64,000 nucleotides of DNA, from positions 77,252,001 to 77,316,000 of the forward strand of contig NC_042998.1 of the NCBI RefSeq assembly GCF_006345805.1, in the 5' to 3' direction. A program made the position numbers and the translations under genes. Below, piece by piece: positions 38,654 to 52,246 of this stretch; position 1 is the stretch's first letter; each line of letters opens with the position of its first letter. The notes under the pieces are model-generated. The model was not told the origin of the DNA. It did not search any database and saw nothing but the letters and a program-made list of their open reading frames with translations. This stretch comes from Octopus sinensis (Eukaryota).

Positions 38654-39711
38654 ATATAATACATGTATGTATTTGTATGTAGGTGTATATGTATGTGTGT
38701 GTATTTATATTTATTGGTGTATATATATAGACTAGCCTTCTAAGAGTGTAGACATGAATCTGTAGGTACGCGTACGTATGTGTATATACGTGAAGGTATG
38801 TAGATGTATGTATGTATGAATATAACGCGTGGTGGTGTATGTGTATGAGTGTACGAATGAGTGAGTGTACGTGCTAAAGAGTGTGCGTGAGTGAATAAGT
38901 GCTTGTTTTCCAGTAGACAGATAAATGGACTGGCTGTCATAGCCAAGATGTTTGTGACCAAGCGGCCAAAGATAACAAAAGTAATAAACGAAGATAATAA
39001 AATTAAAATTAGGGAATGGGTCTGTATTGGTATGTGTATATATATGTGTGTATGTGTAGGTATGCATAGGTACACATATGTATATATATACATGTATGCA
39101 TATGTATGTATGTGTGTGTATATGTGTGTGTATGTGTATATATGTGTATATAGGGACTAGTGTGCTGTGTGTGCATGTGTGTGTGTGGATATGTGTGTGT
39201 ATGCGTGTATGTGAGTATGTGTGTGTATGTGTATATATATTTTCTGTGCGTATATGTATGTGTGGTCGTGTGTGTATATGTACATGTGTGTATATGTATC
39301 TGTGAGTGTGTGTATATATACATATATGTGTATGTGTAGATATGTATATGTATGTGTATGTGTAAGTGTATATATATGTATATATATGTGTGTGTATGTA
39401 TGTGTGTATGTATATGTATATATGTTTGTATGTGTGTGTATGTATGTATACATGTGTGCATAGGTATAAGTGAGAATCTCCTTATTTACCTAAAACTCTA
39501 TTCCCCTTTTTTTTATATATAGATTTTTTTATTTTTTTATTTTTTAAGTTTTTAATTTTTTTATTTATTCTTCTATCTAATTTAACACTGACTCCTTGAC
39601 CACTCCCCCAAGTATGATATTTTGCGCTATGCCTACCCCCAAAAAAGTCCCCCACGAACACCCCTTTAAACCTGCCTAAATGTATAAATGCCAATACAAT
39701 TCTTGTTAACT

Positions 39712-39762
39712 AGCTTCCTGAAGATTTCTCTTGAATGAAACAGTTCTAGTCCTGTAGAAGCT
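39712..39762 (+). ncRNA. Type I hammerhead ribozyme
   Basis: Stem I AGCTTC/GAAGCT (6 bp); core CTGAAGA (39718-39724); stem II U.U plus TTC-tctt-GAA; GAAA (39737-39740); stem III CAG-ttctagtc-CTG; GUA triplet with predicted cleavage after 39756. Confidence 0.78.
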
Positions 39763-39845
39763 CCTTCTATATAATAAATTAATTTTACTCTGCTATGTAT
39801 TGAGTACCTTATTTACTGTGGTTAACCCCGAATCAACCGGGACCC

Positions 39846-39881
<36 letters not shown>

Positions 39882-40050
39882 TGTTTGCCCCCCATTATCA
39901 CTTGACATCCGATGTTGGTGTGTTTACGTCCCCTTAGCTAGTTTTTTACTTCTCACTTCAAATCGTGCGTTGAGTCAGAGTATTGGTCGTGTATATATAT
40001 ATATATATGTATATATATTTATATATATATATATATATAGATATACATAC

Positions 40051-40082
<32 letters not shown>

Positions 40083-40099
40083 GTTTATATATATATGTT

Positions 40100-40135
<36 letters not shown>

Positions 40136-40146
40136 AATATATATAT

Positions 40147-40184
<38 letters not shown>

Positions 40185-41723
40185 AATATATTTATATATA
40201 TATCTGTGTGTATTCATGTTTGTGTGTATATATATGTGTGTATGCATGTTTGTAGGTTTGCGTGTGTAGGTATGTGTTTGTTTACACGAGGGGTAAATGT
40301 TAAAATAAACATAAGGTTTGTATGTGTGTGTGGAGGTATGTGTTTGCTTAGATGAGGCGCAGAGGTGAAAATCAACGAAAGAATTGCGTGCGTGTGTGTG
40401 CGCGTATGTGTGTGTGTGTATTGTTCTGTGTGTTTTCTCGTGTGACAGCTTTCTGCGCTTGCGTGTTAGTGGGAGGGGGTGTCTGCCAGCCATCTGTGAC
40501 CTCATTAAGGGTTTATTTCTTTGTCTTTTTAGCATTCGGTAAGTCTTATGTCTACAGAAGATTTATGGTGCGAGGCCGTAGCTGTTTTATATGGGGAGGG
40601 AGAAGAGAGAACACGTTAGGTGTGTGTATCTCTGTACACATGTACGTGTGTGCTTAAGTGTGTGGGCGCGTTAAAGTGTATGGTGTAAACTGCGCGTTGT
40701 TGCGGTTGAGTGGGTTCTATGAGTGAATATGTATGCTCGTACGTGTATGAGCGTGCGAGGTTTTCCTCATTTGAGCGTATTCCAGTGTGTGTGTGTGTGT
40801 GTGTGTGTGTGCGTATCACCTAGTGTATGTGTGAGTGTGTGTGTGTGAGCGTGCGTGCTTGCGTGCACGAGAACCATAAACCAAATCGCAGAATTGGTAT
40901 ATCAAATATGTCATTTGATTGTTCCTTTATATTCAATGTCCACATTACGAGTTCGTTAACATACGTACCACGTAGACTTCTGGATCGATATAATTGAGAA
41001 GAAGCCTAAAATACGTTGTTCGAAATCTAGTAAGTGAAACCAGATAGAGTAAAATAGACATCATGCCTTTTTATCTTCGAAGCTCTGTATTCTGTTTATT
41101 TTTGAACATTTCATCACCCTGAAAGGTTTTACGTCTGACATATTTTCATAGAATTATTAGAATTAGAAAGTTGTACCATCCTAGTTATATTACGGTTACT
41201 GTACATGTGCATATATCTGTATGTATATCCATGTGGAGTGTGCATGTGCCTCTGTCTCCTTATCTCTGTGTCAGCTTATGCGCATGTGTGTACCTTTTTG
41301 TGTGTGTGTATGTGCTTGCACGTGTCTATATGTGTTTTTTTTTTTGCATTGGCTTGAACTAGTGTGCGTGTTTGAAGGCATATGTTTATCGTTATATAAT
41401 ACTTCACTTTAATATATTGACTTCTATTCAATGTAATTTTTATATTGCTAAAGCTATAACATTTAGATTTATATCAATTTTGAAATGTGCTCTGACTTTG
41501 GAAACTGATATTCTGACAGTCCCAATCTCTTACTCTCTCCATCTCTCTCAATTATCTCTCCATATACATACATACATACATACATACATACATACATACA
41601 TACATACACATACATATATAGATACACATAAACATATTTATATATATATATATATATATTATATATTATATACATGCAAAAATATATTCACACGCACAAA
41701 CACACACGCACTCACCTCTTCCA

Positions 41724-41783
<60 letters not shown>

Positions 41784-41784
41784 C

Positions 41785-41844
<60 letters not shown>

Positions 41845-43819
41845 CTTCTTTCTTGCACATTTAACCAGCGAAATATCTTCTTTCTCCCTTATCTTCACAT
41901 ACTGCTACTGTTCCCTCATACAATTCTTCTTCCCTTTCATCCTCATTTAAAGCCTATAACGGTTCAGTAGTCTTCAAAAGCAAACATATAACGTCACTCT
42001 GTCATTCAATATATTTTTATGATTCATTCTACTTCCTTCAGTCTTCTTTCAATTTGATTTTTTTGTTATTTATTTTTCGGTTTATTTCATGAAATTAATC
42101 AGATTTTCATTTGTACCTGAAATTTAAAATAAAACAGAAGAAAAATACCATCGATAGAATAATCATTAAATACAAGTAATTAATTAATGTATTTCACAAA
42201 TTTTAGTAATAAAAAGAAAACGTAATACCAACAATAAAAAACGAGGTTACCAATTCGAGAAAATTCAATCAACAACTGAACATGACCACTAGGTGAATTA
42301 AATAACTAAATACAGCTAACTAGAAAATTCTCTCCCACACACCTACACACATATATGGAGGAGAGAGAGATTTATATGTATATCTATCAACTCAGATACA
42401 AACACACATATATAGACCCCACATGGCCGTTTATTCTTATGACTCACGAGGGTGTTTCGCTATCATCACTATAATTACCAAGTTCGCGTAGGAATGCAGA
42501 TCAGTGAGTATAGATATAATTATGCACTTATAGAAATAATAATGTGTGCGTGTGTGCACACACGCACACATAAAAATACACGCACACACACACACTCACA
42601 CACATACACACACACAGATACACACAAACACACACAGAAGCATACATACATACACCTATCTTGTATACCTTAAGTTTATTAACATTTGATAATGATAATA
42701 CTCTGTACATTTGTTTGTAAATGCATTTGACTGTATTCATCACAATTGCACTATATTGATATCTATCGCTTGGCGAATCATTTAATTCCATAATTGCACG
42801 GCGAAGATAAATTACAAATTTCAGTTTACTAGCCGCCATCATGTTCATAGCAGGAATCCAATACACTCTTTTATGTAATTTCCACTTAAATGTTCAATGA
42901 GACAATTGCTTACAAGAACCCGATATATGCAACTATGGCGCCTTTTGTAGTTTTCATATTGTTTTAGCAAGATTTCAGTTTATTTCACATGGATACATCA
43001 CGGTATCGAATATACAATTCGAGCGAGCTACCTCTCCCCTAGTAATCAAACATTTTTTTAAAGTCAGCTATATAGGACAATCCTGTAGCATATGTGGCAA
43101 TATAATATAATAATAGGTCTGGGTGAGAATGTTTCTGCGTTCTTTCTTTATGATTGAATATCTGTAACACACAGCTCTATGTCGACATATACTGCATAAA
43201 CTAAACATGCTTTACAAGCATATTTTCTTGTTAACAATTGAATTCACATAATGTTTTCAGAAATACTACATAAGTAATACAATAATAAAGGGAAAGGGAA
43301 AAAAGCTAGATATACAATCTGAGAAATATACAATCGCAGAAATACCACGGAACCGTTTATATATCAGCTGAATGAAAATAATTCTCAACTTTAAGGTTAA
43401 GTGTGCATTACTACATAAATATTGGAGTATCAACTTTTTATTGAGTTAAATGACATTATCATTAAAATTCCCTATGAACTCATTATCTGAAAGTTATCAT
43501 AACATAACATAATGAAATAAAGCAATTTATCCAACAACTGAGGTCCACTCCAGTGATTAACATTTTTCTTGTTGGAAGAACCTTGATAAAATATATAAGC
43601 ATTTTTCTGTTATGTGACGTACTTATCTGAATAATTGCTGATTAAACAATATTCCAAAAGAATGAGCGTGTATTTAAGTAGCAAAGTATGATTATCCCAT
43701 ACAGAAATTGGGACTTGTGCGTTTTTGTACCTGGGTGCATGAGTGTGTGACTGTGTGACAGTGCGTGAGCGTAGAGAATGCAAGGAGAAACATGCTTGCT
43801 AAAGTTGTATAAATGTACG

Positions 43820-43823
43820 TATG

Positions 43824-43893
<70 letters not shown>

Positions 43894-43929
43894 ATACATA
43901 TATACATACACACACATGTATAAATATAT

Positions 43930-43962
<33 letters not shown>

Positions 43963-43986
43963 CGTATATGCATATATATATATATA

Positions 43987-44045
<59 letters not shown>

Positions 44046-44121
44046 TATATATATATCTATATATATCTATATATCTATATATATATGTATGTATATATAT
44101 ATATATAATATATATATATAT
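43820..44121. repeat. Compound (TA)n array
   Basis: Seen directly. Confidence 0.9.
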
Positions 44122-44350
44122 AATTTGAAACAGAAAATGGAGAAATATTCATCAATAACAATTGACTAACATCAATTATTAGTTTTTTAAATACAAAAAC
44201 TTTATCCCATCTAACAGCCGTTTCTGTTACAATTTTCTGCGGTTTTGGAACATTGGAAACAGAAACGGCTGTTAGATGGGATAATAATCAATGTTAGTCA
44301 ATAGTTGATGTTAGTCAATATTTCTCCAATTTCTGTTTGCTTTAAATTTA
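44122..44350. mobile_element. MITE-like fold-back element
   Basis: Perfect 27-bp inner arms (44202-44228 / 44258-44284) and imperfect outer arms AAACAGAAAATGGAGAAATATT / AATATTTCTCCAATTTCTGTTT. Confidence 0.7.
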
Positions 44351-45279
44351 ATTAATGATAAATTCGTGTTTATCTTTGTCATTGTCTGTACACTATGAGG
44401 ATAATATGCTTGCATATATATATCCAGAGTTAACATAGGTAATTATACCGGTAGTAAAACTGATATTTCTATCTGTTAGACGGTTATTCCAACCTCTAAC
44501 TCTACTAAATTTACTCCATTCATCCTCTTCGAAGTAAGTTTTATCTTAATAATTCTGATGCGCACTCTATACGATCTTTTTACTCTTACCTTTTTCTCTC
44601 TTATTCTTTACCTTCACTTCTCCCACTATTCCATCCTATTACTCTGTCAATCCCACTCCCTCATTCATCCGCCCTTGCTTCACGAGACTCCCACGTGACC
44701 ATAGGTATTTTTATTTCTTTCTCTATGTTGTAGCTGGAAGAAGGAAGAGGTGTTCTTCTTTGTCACCTGTTCTAGCTTTATTTACGCGTTCGTTACCACA
44801 ACTTCGTAGGCTTAGCAGCCCTTCCAGTTTGTTTTCACTGTCTTGTTTGTGTTACCAATTTTGACCCTCCGCAAAATCCCAATTTTATTTAACTTGCTTT
44901 GCAGGAGCAACTATTTTATCAAAAGCGTATATTGTTGTTAACTGCTCGAAATACGAGACTAGAAAAACAGCCAAGAACTGATGAAGGGTCGTTCTTTATG
45001 TTGTTTGTCTCGTTTTCCATTTGTGTCTTTCGTTGTTCGGTAAGAATAGTTCATGTTCCATGTAGTCGTGCATTGTATTTTTGTTGTTGTTGTAAACATG
45101 TCGTGGCGTCCTGTGCCCACATATGCACACACACAAACACACACAAATATATATATACTCATAAATAGATGTAGGTATGTACATATACGTATGTATATAT
45201 ATATATATTACTTATATCATTATATAATTGAACGTCACGCATCCTCTTCCAAGTAAGTTATATATATATATACTTCGGA

Positions 45280-46175
45280 GAATCTAATTTTTGTTGTAAC
45301 TTGTTCAGATTGTGTACATAACTATATAGGGCAGACAAGTATGTCACATAGACGGAGAACAACACTACTTTAGGACCAGGTCTGTCTTCCATAGTAGAGG
45401 CAAATTCCTTTGAGTGAACATATAGATGTGTACGTAATAACCAACTAAATTTCATAGTTTTCACCATCTACCAGTGCAAAAAAAAATTCTGTACCTTTCC
45501 ATATGTAGATTATTGTATATCTGTGGCGCCTTCGCTCCAGGGAGTATAGTTTCATTTTTCTCAACCTATTCCTGTAGCACATCTACTACACTGTTTCAAT
45601 ATTTTTAGGGTTGGACTGCTCCAAGCTCCGCTATTAGTTTGGCATTATGTGGTGATCATAACTGGGAACCGTAGTTAAGGCAGCTGAGGAGAAGTGTTCT
45701 TCACAGGGTCAACATAGTTTCTTGGTTTCTTGTCTTGAAGGATCTCATTATTCATCCTGCCAGGTGTTCGCAATTTGCTGCTATCTTGGTAAGAATCATA
45801 GAAAATGTTGCGTCATTGCACATGCAGTTCTTCAGGTCTTTCACTGCCTGTGATTCTGGGATTGTAGTGCCTTCGTGTCCTCTATGTGTAGGTTGTAGTG
45901 CATTGGTGAGTTGACAGTGCAGTGTTTGAAATTCTCCAACTTTATACTGCATGTTGTTTACTTCGGCCCACTTGTATATAGAATTCAGGTCCTGTTGTAA
46001 GCTTGCGACATCATCTTGATTTTTCATTGCCTGTGATAATTTTGCATAATCGGCATAGCTAGTAACAGTGGCTGTCAGAGTGACCGTGGGCGTGTCTATG
46101 GGGGCTATTATGAACAGTAATGACTCCACGCAGTTCCCTGGGAGACACTATTTAGGATTTGAGTTTGCTCAGCAA
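45280..46175 (-). mobile_element. CR1-like LINE RT fragment
   Basis: [13 protein letters not shown] (YADD-like), LQQDLNSIYKWAEVNNM, VKDL and LYSLERR, with frameshifts. Confidence 0.8.
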
Positions 46176-46181
46176 GGACAC

Positions 46182-46281
<100 letters not shown>

Positions 46282-46301
46282 TTGTGTGTATGTATGGGTA
46301 C

Positions 46302-46343
<42 letters not shown>

Positions 46344-46520
46344 GTTTATACACATATTTTTTCCTGGCTTTATGTTGCGTATAGCTGCCTGCGTTACTTT
46401 ATATTTTCCCATCATCATTTTGCTGAATCAGCTATAAATTTATATGGTAAATATATATACCGAGAATCGCTTGCAAACCGGGCAAAATTCCTAGTAGCAT
46501 TTTGTCCGTCATTGAGCTTT

Positions 46521-46660
46521 TAGTTCAGAAGCCTCTGTAGTCGATCTTAACATTCATCCTTTCTGCTTCGATAAAATAAGTACCAGTTGGCCATTGGGTG
46601 GAGGTGATCGATTAACACCCTGTCCCCAAATTTCAGGCCTTGTGCCTATAGCATAAAGGG
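46521..46660 (+). mobile_element. SINE family B, partial
   Basis: TTCATCCTTTC..GATAAAATAAGTACCAG..CAAATTTCAGGCCTTGTGCC body and ATT tail. Confidence 0.65.
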
Positions 46661-47539
46661 CTATTATTATTAATATTGGCATTGTGACTATTGTAGAAAA
46701 AATATCAATCTTACTATGTTTTTTCTGCTCTTGATGGAATGTGCTGCAGTGTTGGCGCTATTTACATAATTAAATTTGTGTTATCACAATAATCATTTTA
46801 GGAAACGTGTACAAAGATGGCAACAATAAAACAGTACAATTCTCATACTTTAAACGTACATAATGTGTTGAATGATTTTATTAAAGAGCAGATTAAAAGT
46901 TCATATAAACAGCTAAATAAATTCACCTTCATACAAGAAAGAAAGATAGTGAGAGAGACAGAGAGAAAGTGAGTGAGTGAGAGTGTGAGTGTGAGAGAGA
47001 ATTATAGAATGAGTGAGAGAGAAAGAGAATGAGAGAGAAAGGGAATGCGAGAGACAAAACGTGATATAAGTACAGTTAATGACCGGAAACCGATTAGTAT
47101 TTATAAACTCTTTAGTACAATATCGTTATCGAAATGCTTCACTGGACCTGTTTGACTATTCATCTAATAATACGCCTTTGAATATAAATGGAAAATCGTA
47201 AACCCATTGAAATATAAGTAGACCTAAAATTTAATGATATATTTCTTGAAATGAGAAAAATATCTGTTTTTATGGGGCAATAGGGGTTAATAGGTTTTGC
47301 GACTTATTAGTATTTTATCATTTAATTTTCCTAGAGTTTGAGAATACGGAATTGATATATTGTTTAATACCAAGTCATTAATCACACTGGAGTTACTATT
47401 TTTCATGAAAGAATGCAAAGTTTTCTCATCAAGGTAAATAGTCACAAATGAGACGCAGAATGTTGGGTCGAAACATATGTAGCATCTAATAAAAGTCTAA
47501 TACGAAATCCATCGCCTACTATTAATTAATATCAGGAAA

Positions 47540-48950
47540 CAAGGAAACATAAATTACACACTGTTTCTCAGTGGATGACTTGAAACTATGCAAAGAATAT
47601 GCATGAGATGAAAAAGAGCGTTGACCTAGTTACGACATTCTCAAAGGATGTAGAATTGGAGTTTCGTCTGGATAAATGTTATATGGTTGTGAAAAGTGGG
47701 AAGGCTATAAACCAGCCTATCAATATCTCCCATGACTGTTTCCCATGTATCTGACGAGGAATGTTACAGTTATCTAGGAGTGGAGGAAAATATATCTTAC
47801 ATTAGCACCCGTAACAAAACACGTGTCACTAAAGAATATTACAGCCGAATAAAGAAAATTTGGATCTCAGGACTCTCTGCATTCCATAAAATAATGCCCC
47901 ACAATGTGTTTGCTGTGCCAGTAGTCATACCAACATTTGAGCAGCTTGATGAGATCCGAGCCATTGATGTGAAAACCCAAAAAATAATAAGTATACATAA
48001 TTTCCACATAAACAGTGATGTAGACCGCCTCTACCTAAGACAAAAACAAGGTGGAAGAGGCTTAAGATCGATCTAAAATGCCTTTAAATATCGCATCATA
48101 TCCCTTTGGCAACATCTTTTAACCACCAAATGTCGAAGTGTATCCCTTGACCAAGTTTGCATACATGAGGCTGAAAACATCACTAGACTTGGGAGGTAAC
48201 TGCTTGAGCAACACACTTTGTTTGATTATTATCTCCCATTTTGAAGAGTATGCGTTTGCAATCCAGGAACAGGAAATATCAGCCAAGTACCTGATGCACA
48301 AAAGGGATAGAGATGCAGGTAAAGCCGTAAAGTGTAACAGCCGATGCATACTTTGTGGAGTTCACACTGAAGATATCAACTACATCATAAGCAGGTGTCC
48401 GAAATTGTCATTACAGTATTATATACCGATGAGACACGAAGTTATAGCTAGGACACTAGATAATGAAATCCGTAACGAGGATAATCCCGAGGACAAAGAA
48501 ATAAGAACCCACAATATGGTAGAAACCATAGCCCCTCATAATAAAATCGAATCCTGGGGGAATGTATCAGTGGAGACCTCAACAAAATGTAAGTACAACA
48601 CACCTGAAATAATGATTTGGGATAGAGAAGACAAACTGTCCACAGTTGTAGAAATTAGCTTCCCAGTGGATGTTAACATAAAGCTGAAAATCAGTGAAAA
48701 AGAGAATACCTATTCTGAACTATCGAGGAATCTGCCGTTACTCTATCCAGTTTACATGTTCAGGGGCCCTGAGATATGAAACACACCGCCTAAATGCCAA
48801 TCTTGAGGAATTAGGCTTCTTAAAACCAGAAAGGAGAAAGCTGATTCGAAGACTACAGATCCCCTCTATCACTGGAACTGTAAAAATCTGTAAACTTTTC
48901 CGGAAGTTTATCAATTAAATATATATGAAGATGTCTAGATAGGCAACTAT
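47540..48950 (+). mobile_element. Degenerate R4-like RLE LINE (second subfamily)
   Basis: VDDLKL, FSKD...F.LDKC, YSYLGV, SDVDRLYL...GGRGL, CILCG..EDINYIISRC, RH and TPEIMIWDR...VVEISFP; ends in (CATA)n. Confidence 0.8.
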
Positions 48951-48957
48951 ATGCATG

Positions 48958-49091
48958 AGAATACATACATACATACTTACATATATACATACATACATAC
49001 ATACATACATAAATACATACATACATACATACATACATACATACATACATACATACATACATACATACATACATACATACATACATACATA
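48958..49091. repeat. (CATA)n microsatellite
   Basis: Seen directly. Confidence 0.95.
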
Positions 49092-49331
49092 CAGAATCTG
49101 GATAAATTGGGATTTTAAGAAGGAGAAATTGACCGGCTGATTCGGACATTATAAGTCCAATCTGCGAGAGGAACAGTAAAATCTGCGAGAGGAACAGTAA
49201 AAATATGCAAGACTTTTCTCAAGTTCCAAATGTGAATGTGTCTGTGTTAACTACATCCCAAAGATGGAGCCTTGTATCTTTGTTGGAAAACAGTTCCCTC
49301 CTCAGTGAAATATTAAAAAATCAGAAGCGAT
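49092..49331 (+). mobile_element. Short 3' fragment of the same R4-like subfamily embedded in (CATA)n
   Basis: NLDKLGF..RLIR..SARGTVKICKTFLKF parallels NLEELGF..KLIRR..ITGTVKICKLFRKF; includes a 21-bp tandem duplication at 49159-49200. Confidence 0.7.
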
Positions 49332-49719
49332 ATACATACATACATACATACATACATACATACATACATACATACATACATACATACATACATGCATACA
49401 TACATACATACAAACAAACAGAGATACATTATGTATATGTGTGTGTGTGTATGTGTGTCTATGTGCCTGTGTGTGTCTTTGTGTGTTCGTGTTATCTAGA
49501 ACATTTTGATTTAGCCCCATAAAACTTTAAGTTTCATAGGAACGCTACAGGAACCTATCTCGTCTAATTCAGGCTGCCGAATGTACGTGGACATATGTTT
49601 GTATTTTGTTGCAGTTCGAGAATCTCTTGCTGAACAGCCGTCACATATACTTCGTTTATAATAATCAAATGTCTATGCTGTTCATTAGTTCACTTCGTCT
49701 GTCAAATCAACGTTACCTA

Positions 49720-49880
49720 AAAAGGTGCATGGTCTACCATGTGTCTGGCGTTGAAGTGACCTCCGAGCAATGAGAGATAGAGTGCTTTGCTCAAGAACAC
49801 CCTGTACCACACGGGCGAGGAAATGAAACCATGATCTTGTGATCGTGGCTACAGCACCCTAATCGTTAGCCCATGCTCCC
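49720..49880 (-). mobile_element. tRNA-derived SINE, degenerate
   Basis: Reverse-strand homolog of 372-487 (GCTTTGCTCAAGAACAC..GAAACCATGATCTT). Confidence 0.55.
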
Positions 49881-50984
49881 TCATTTCAATATTTTTATAT
49901 ACAAATATGTATGTATGTATATATATATGTGTGTGAGCGTGGTCTCTGTATCTGTATATGTGAGCGTGTGTCTCTGCATCTGTGTGTGTATTGACTCAAA
50001 TATCAAGTGTAATTTATTGCCTACGGATGACATGAAAGAAATATGTGTGCATATGTGTTTGTTTGGTTAATAACAGTAAATCTAATCTCGTAGAATAGCA
50101 ATTACCGTAACATTGATTTGAAAGAAAACCCAGAAAAACACATGAGTTCGGAGCAAATATGAAAACAAATGAGCGAACTATATCAAAATATTTTTAATAT
50201 CATATCATTCAATGTCTTCCCCTTATTTTGTAAATACCTCGAATTACTTGAAAAGAGCGCAGGTCGGTTAGAAAAAGCAACTCACATGTCGTTTACGTTG
50301 TTTGCTGCTGCGTGATTTAACTGCGCGTTGACTCTTTACTTCGATTTTCAATAATGAAGATACTCAATGACGGATTATTAAGCATAGGCTTTTCGGCTCA
50401 CAGTTCGAGCCTTTATATCATGAACAAAGAGTTGATAAACAAGAGATAACCTTCTGCTCAATTTTTATTTTCATTAGGAATTTTTGCAATTAAACTTTCT
50501 ACGAAAGAATAAAATGGAGTTCGTGCAAAGGAATAGGTTATCACTATAACAATATAATAATTATCTAAGATACTTATTCTGCTCAAGATCTACAAATGAA
50601 ATTTCTTATTTTAGCTCCATATGCAAGCTAGACATTACTGCTTAGTACTGGCTTTCTATCAATTAACTGAACTTGCTTACAAGTAATTGCATAAAGAAGC
50701 CAAATAAAGGCTTACATCTATCTGTGTATCCTGTAATAAGAAGTGGTAGAAAGAGAAATTGAAAGTTCAGAGCAATGAAATTGCTGCGGAAAGCAGATTT
50801 CAATTTTCATTGCTATGTCATGTAAATCATGTCGCTAATAACTGCAACGATGGGATAAATATTACTTCATAAATTCGGAAATTGTGACAATACATGGCAA
50901 ATAATTATGCAGTTCCCTCTTTTATATTAATGTTCACAATTGGTGATGCGAAATTTGTATATGATGTATGTATCTTTCTATTTC

Positions 50985-52246
50985 TATTTATATGTCAATC
51001 TAATAATGGAAATACCTTAAATCTTCAAACAACTTTATTTTAATGTGAGGTAGGACCGCCTTTGGCAGTAATTACAGCTTGGATTCTACGAGGTACGGAA
51101 TCGCACAAAGTTTGAATTGTTTCCAAAAGAATATTTATCCATTCTTCAGATTAAACAATCTCCAGTGCCTGTAGTGATGATAGTGGGTAATATCGACTCC
51201 TTACTTGTTTTTCTAAAATGCACCATAAATGTTCAATAATATAGAGATTTGAGGACTGTGGTGGCCAGAAAGGATGTTCAGCTTCACTAGAATGTTCCTC
51301 GTGCCATTTGGTAACAACTTTAGCTGTGTGAATTGGTGCATTATCATCCTGAAAGATTGCGTTTCCCTCCGGAAACAGTTCCGCAGCCACAGGATAAATT
51401 TGATCAAATAAAATGCTTAAATAGTCTGGACTATTAATTCTGCCATGAAGAGAAACCATTGGGCTGGCGGACGTCCAAGATATCCCCCCCCCGATCATCA
51501 CAGATCCTCCTCCATGTTTAACAGTTGGAAGAAGGCAGTCTAGATCAAATGCTTCTTTTGGCTGTCCCCACACATTTACTCGGCCGGTGGTCGGAAATAA
51601 GGTAAAGGATCACTCGACCGAGAAAATAGCATTCTTCCACTGCTCTAGAGACCAATTCTGTGGGATTTTACTCCACTCTAAACGCTTTGCAACGTTTGTT
51701 TTTGAAAGTAGTTGTTTTCTGATTGCAGCCCTCCCATAAAATCCGGCTTTGTGTAGCTTCTGCTGAGCAGTTTTTATGGAAACTGGGTGGTCATTAAGCT
51801 CTGTAGTAATTTTGGGAGCTGTACTTTTGGGATACATTTTAACAATGCGTGTAAGAATCCGAAGGTCCCTATCTGAAAATTTTTGTTTTCTTCTGGAGTT
51901 TTGTTTCGACGAAGAGGTTTCTCCCTCTCACTAAGGCTGTCATTACTTTCGAAACACTACTTCTTGATATATCAAACATTTCGGCTGTTTTCGTTACGCT
52001 AGCGCCTGCAATACGAGTACCAACAATTTGACCTCTTCGAAAGTCCGATAGATTTGTCATTCTAATGAATTTTAATTACCTTTTTCTGATGATGTCTGAA
52101 AAGAGAGAGCCATTTTAGCAAAACTTATTAAGCAACACTAATAATAAATTAAAAAAAACAAATAGGTATTTGACAGTTTTATTGATATTTTAAAATTATG
52201 ATGCTATGATGCTAGGTCTATCCATTATTTTGTCCAACCCATGTAT
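50985..52246 (-). mobile_element. Tc1 (DD34E-type) transposon relic
   Basis: MTNLSDFRRGQIVG (paired-type HTH), WKNAIFS.E, TVKHGGGSVM, FQDDNAPIH, WPPQS.NL..IEHLW; TIR TACATGGGTTGGACAAAATAATGGA at about 52222-52246. Confidence 0.9.

Larger units (their letters stand above)
34643..39778 (+). mobile_element. Penelope-like (Neptune-type) 5'-truncated insertion with long inverted terminal arms
   Basis: Left arm 34643-36326 is the reverse complement of right arm 38052-39778 (anchors at coordinate sums 74421-74423); ORF tail at 36335-36619 lies between them; each outer end carries an HHR. Confidence 0.8.

Noticed and set aside
42528-42866. 112-aa minus-strand ORF with a protein-like first half
   Set aside because: No recognisable motif, and the second half is microsatellite.
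47441-47487. HHR-like GAC..GTC-GAAA-CATATG-TA
   Set aside because: The core reads CAAATGA and no stem I pairing exists; too decayed to call.
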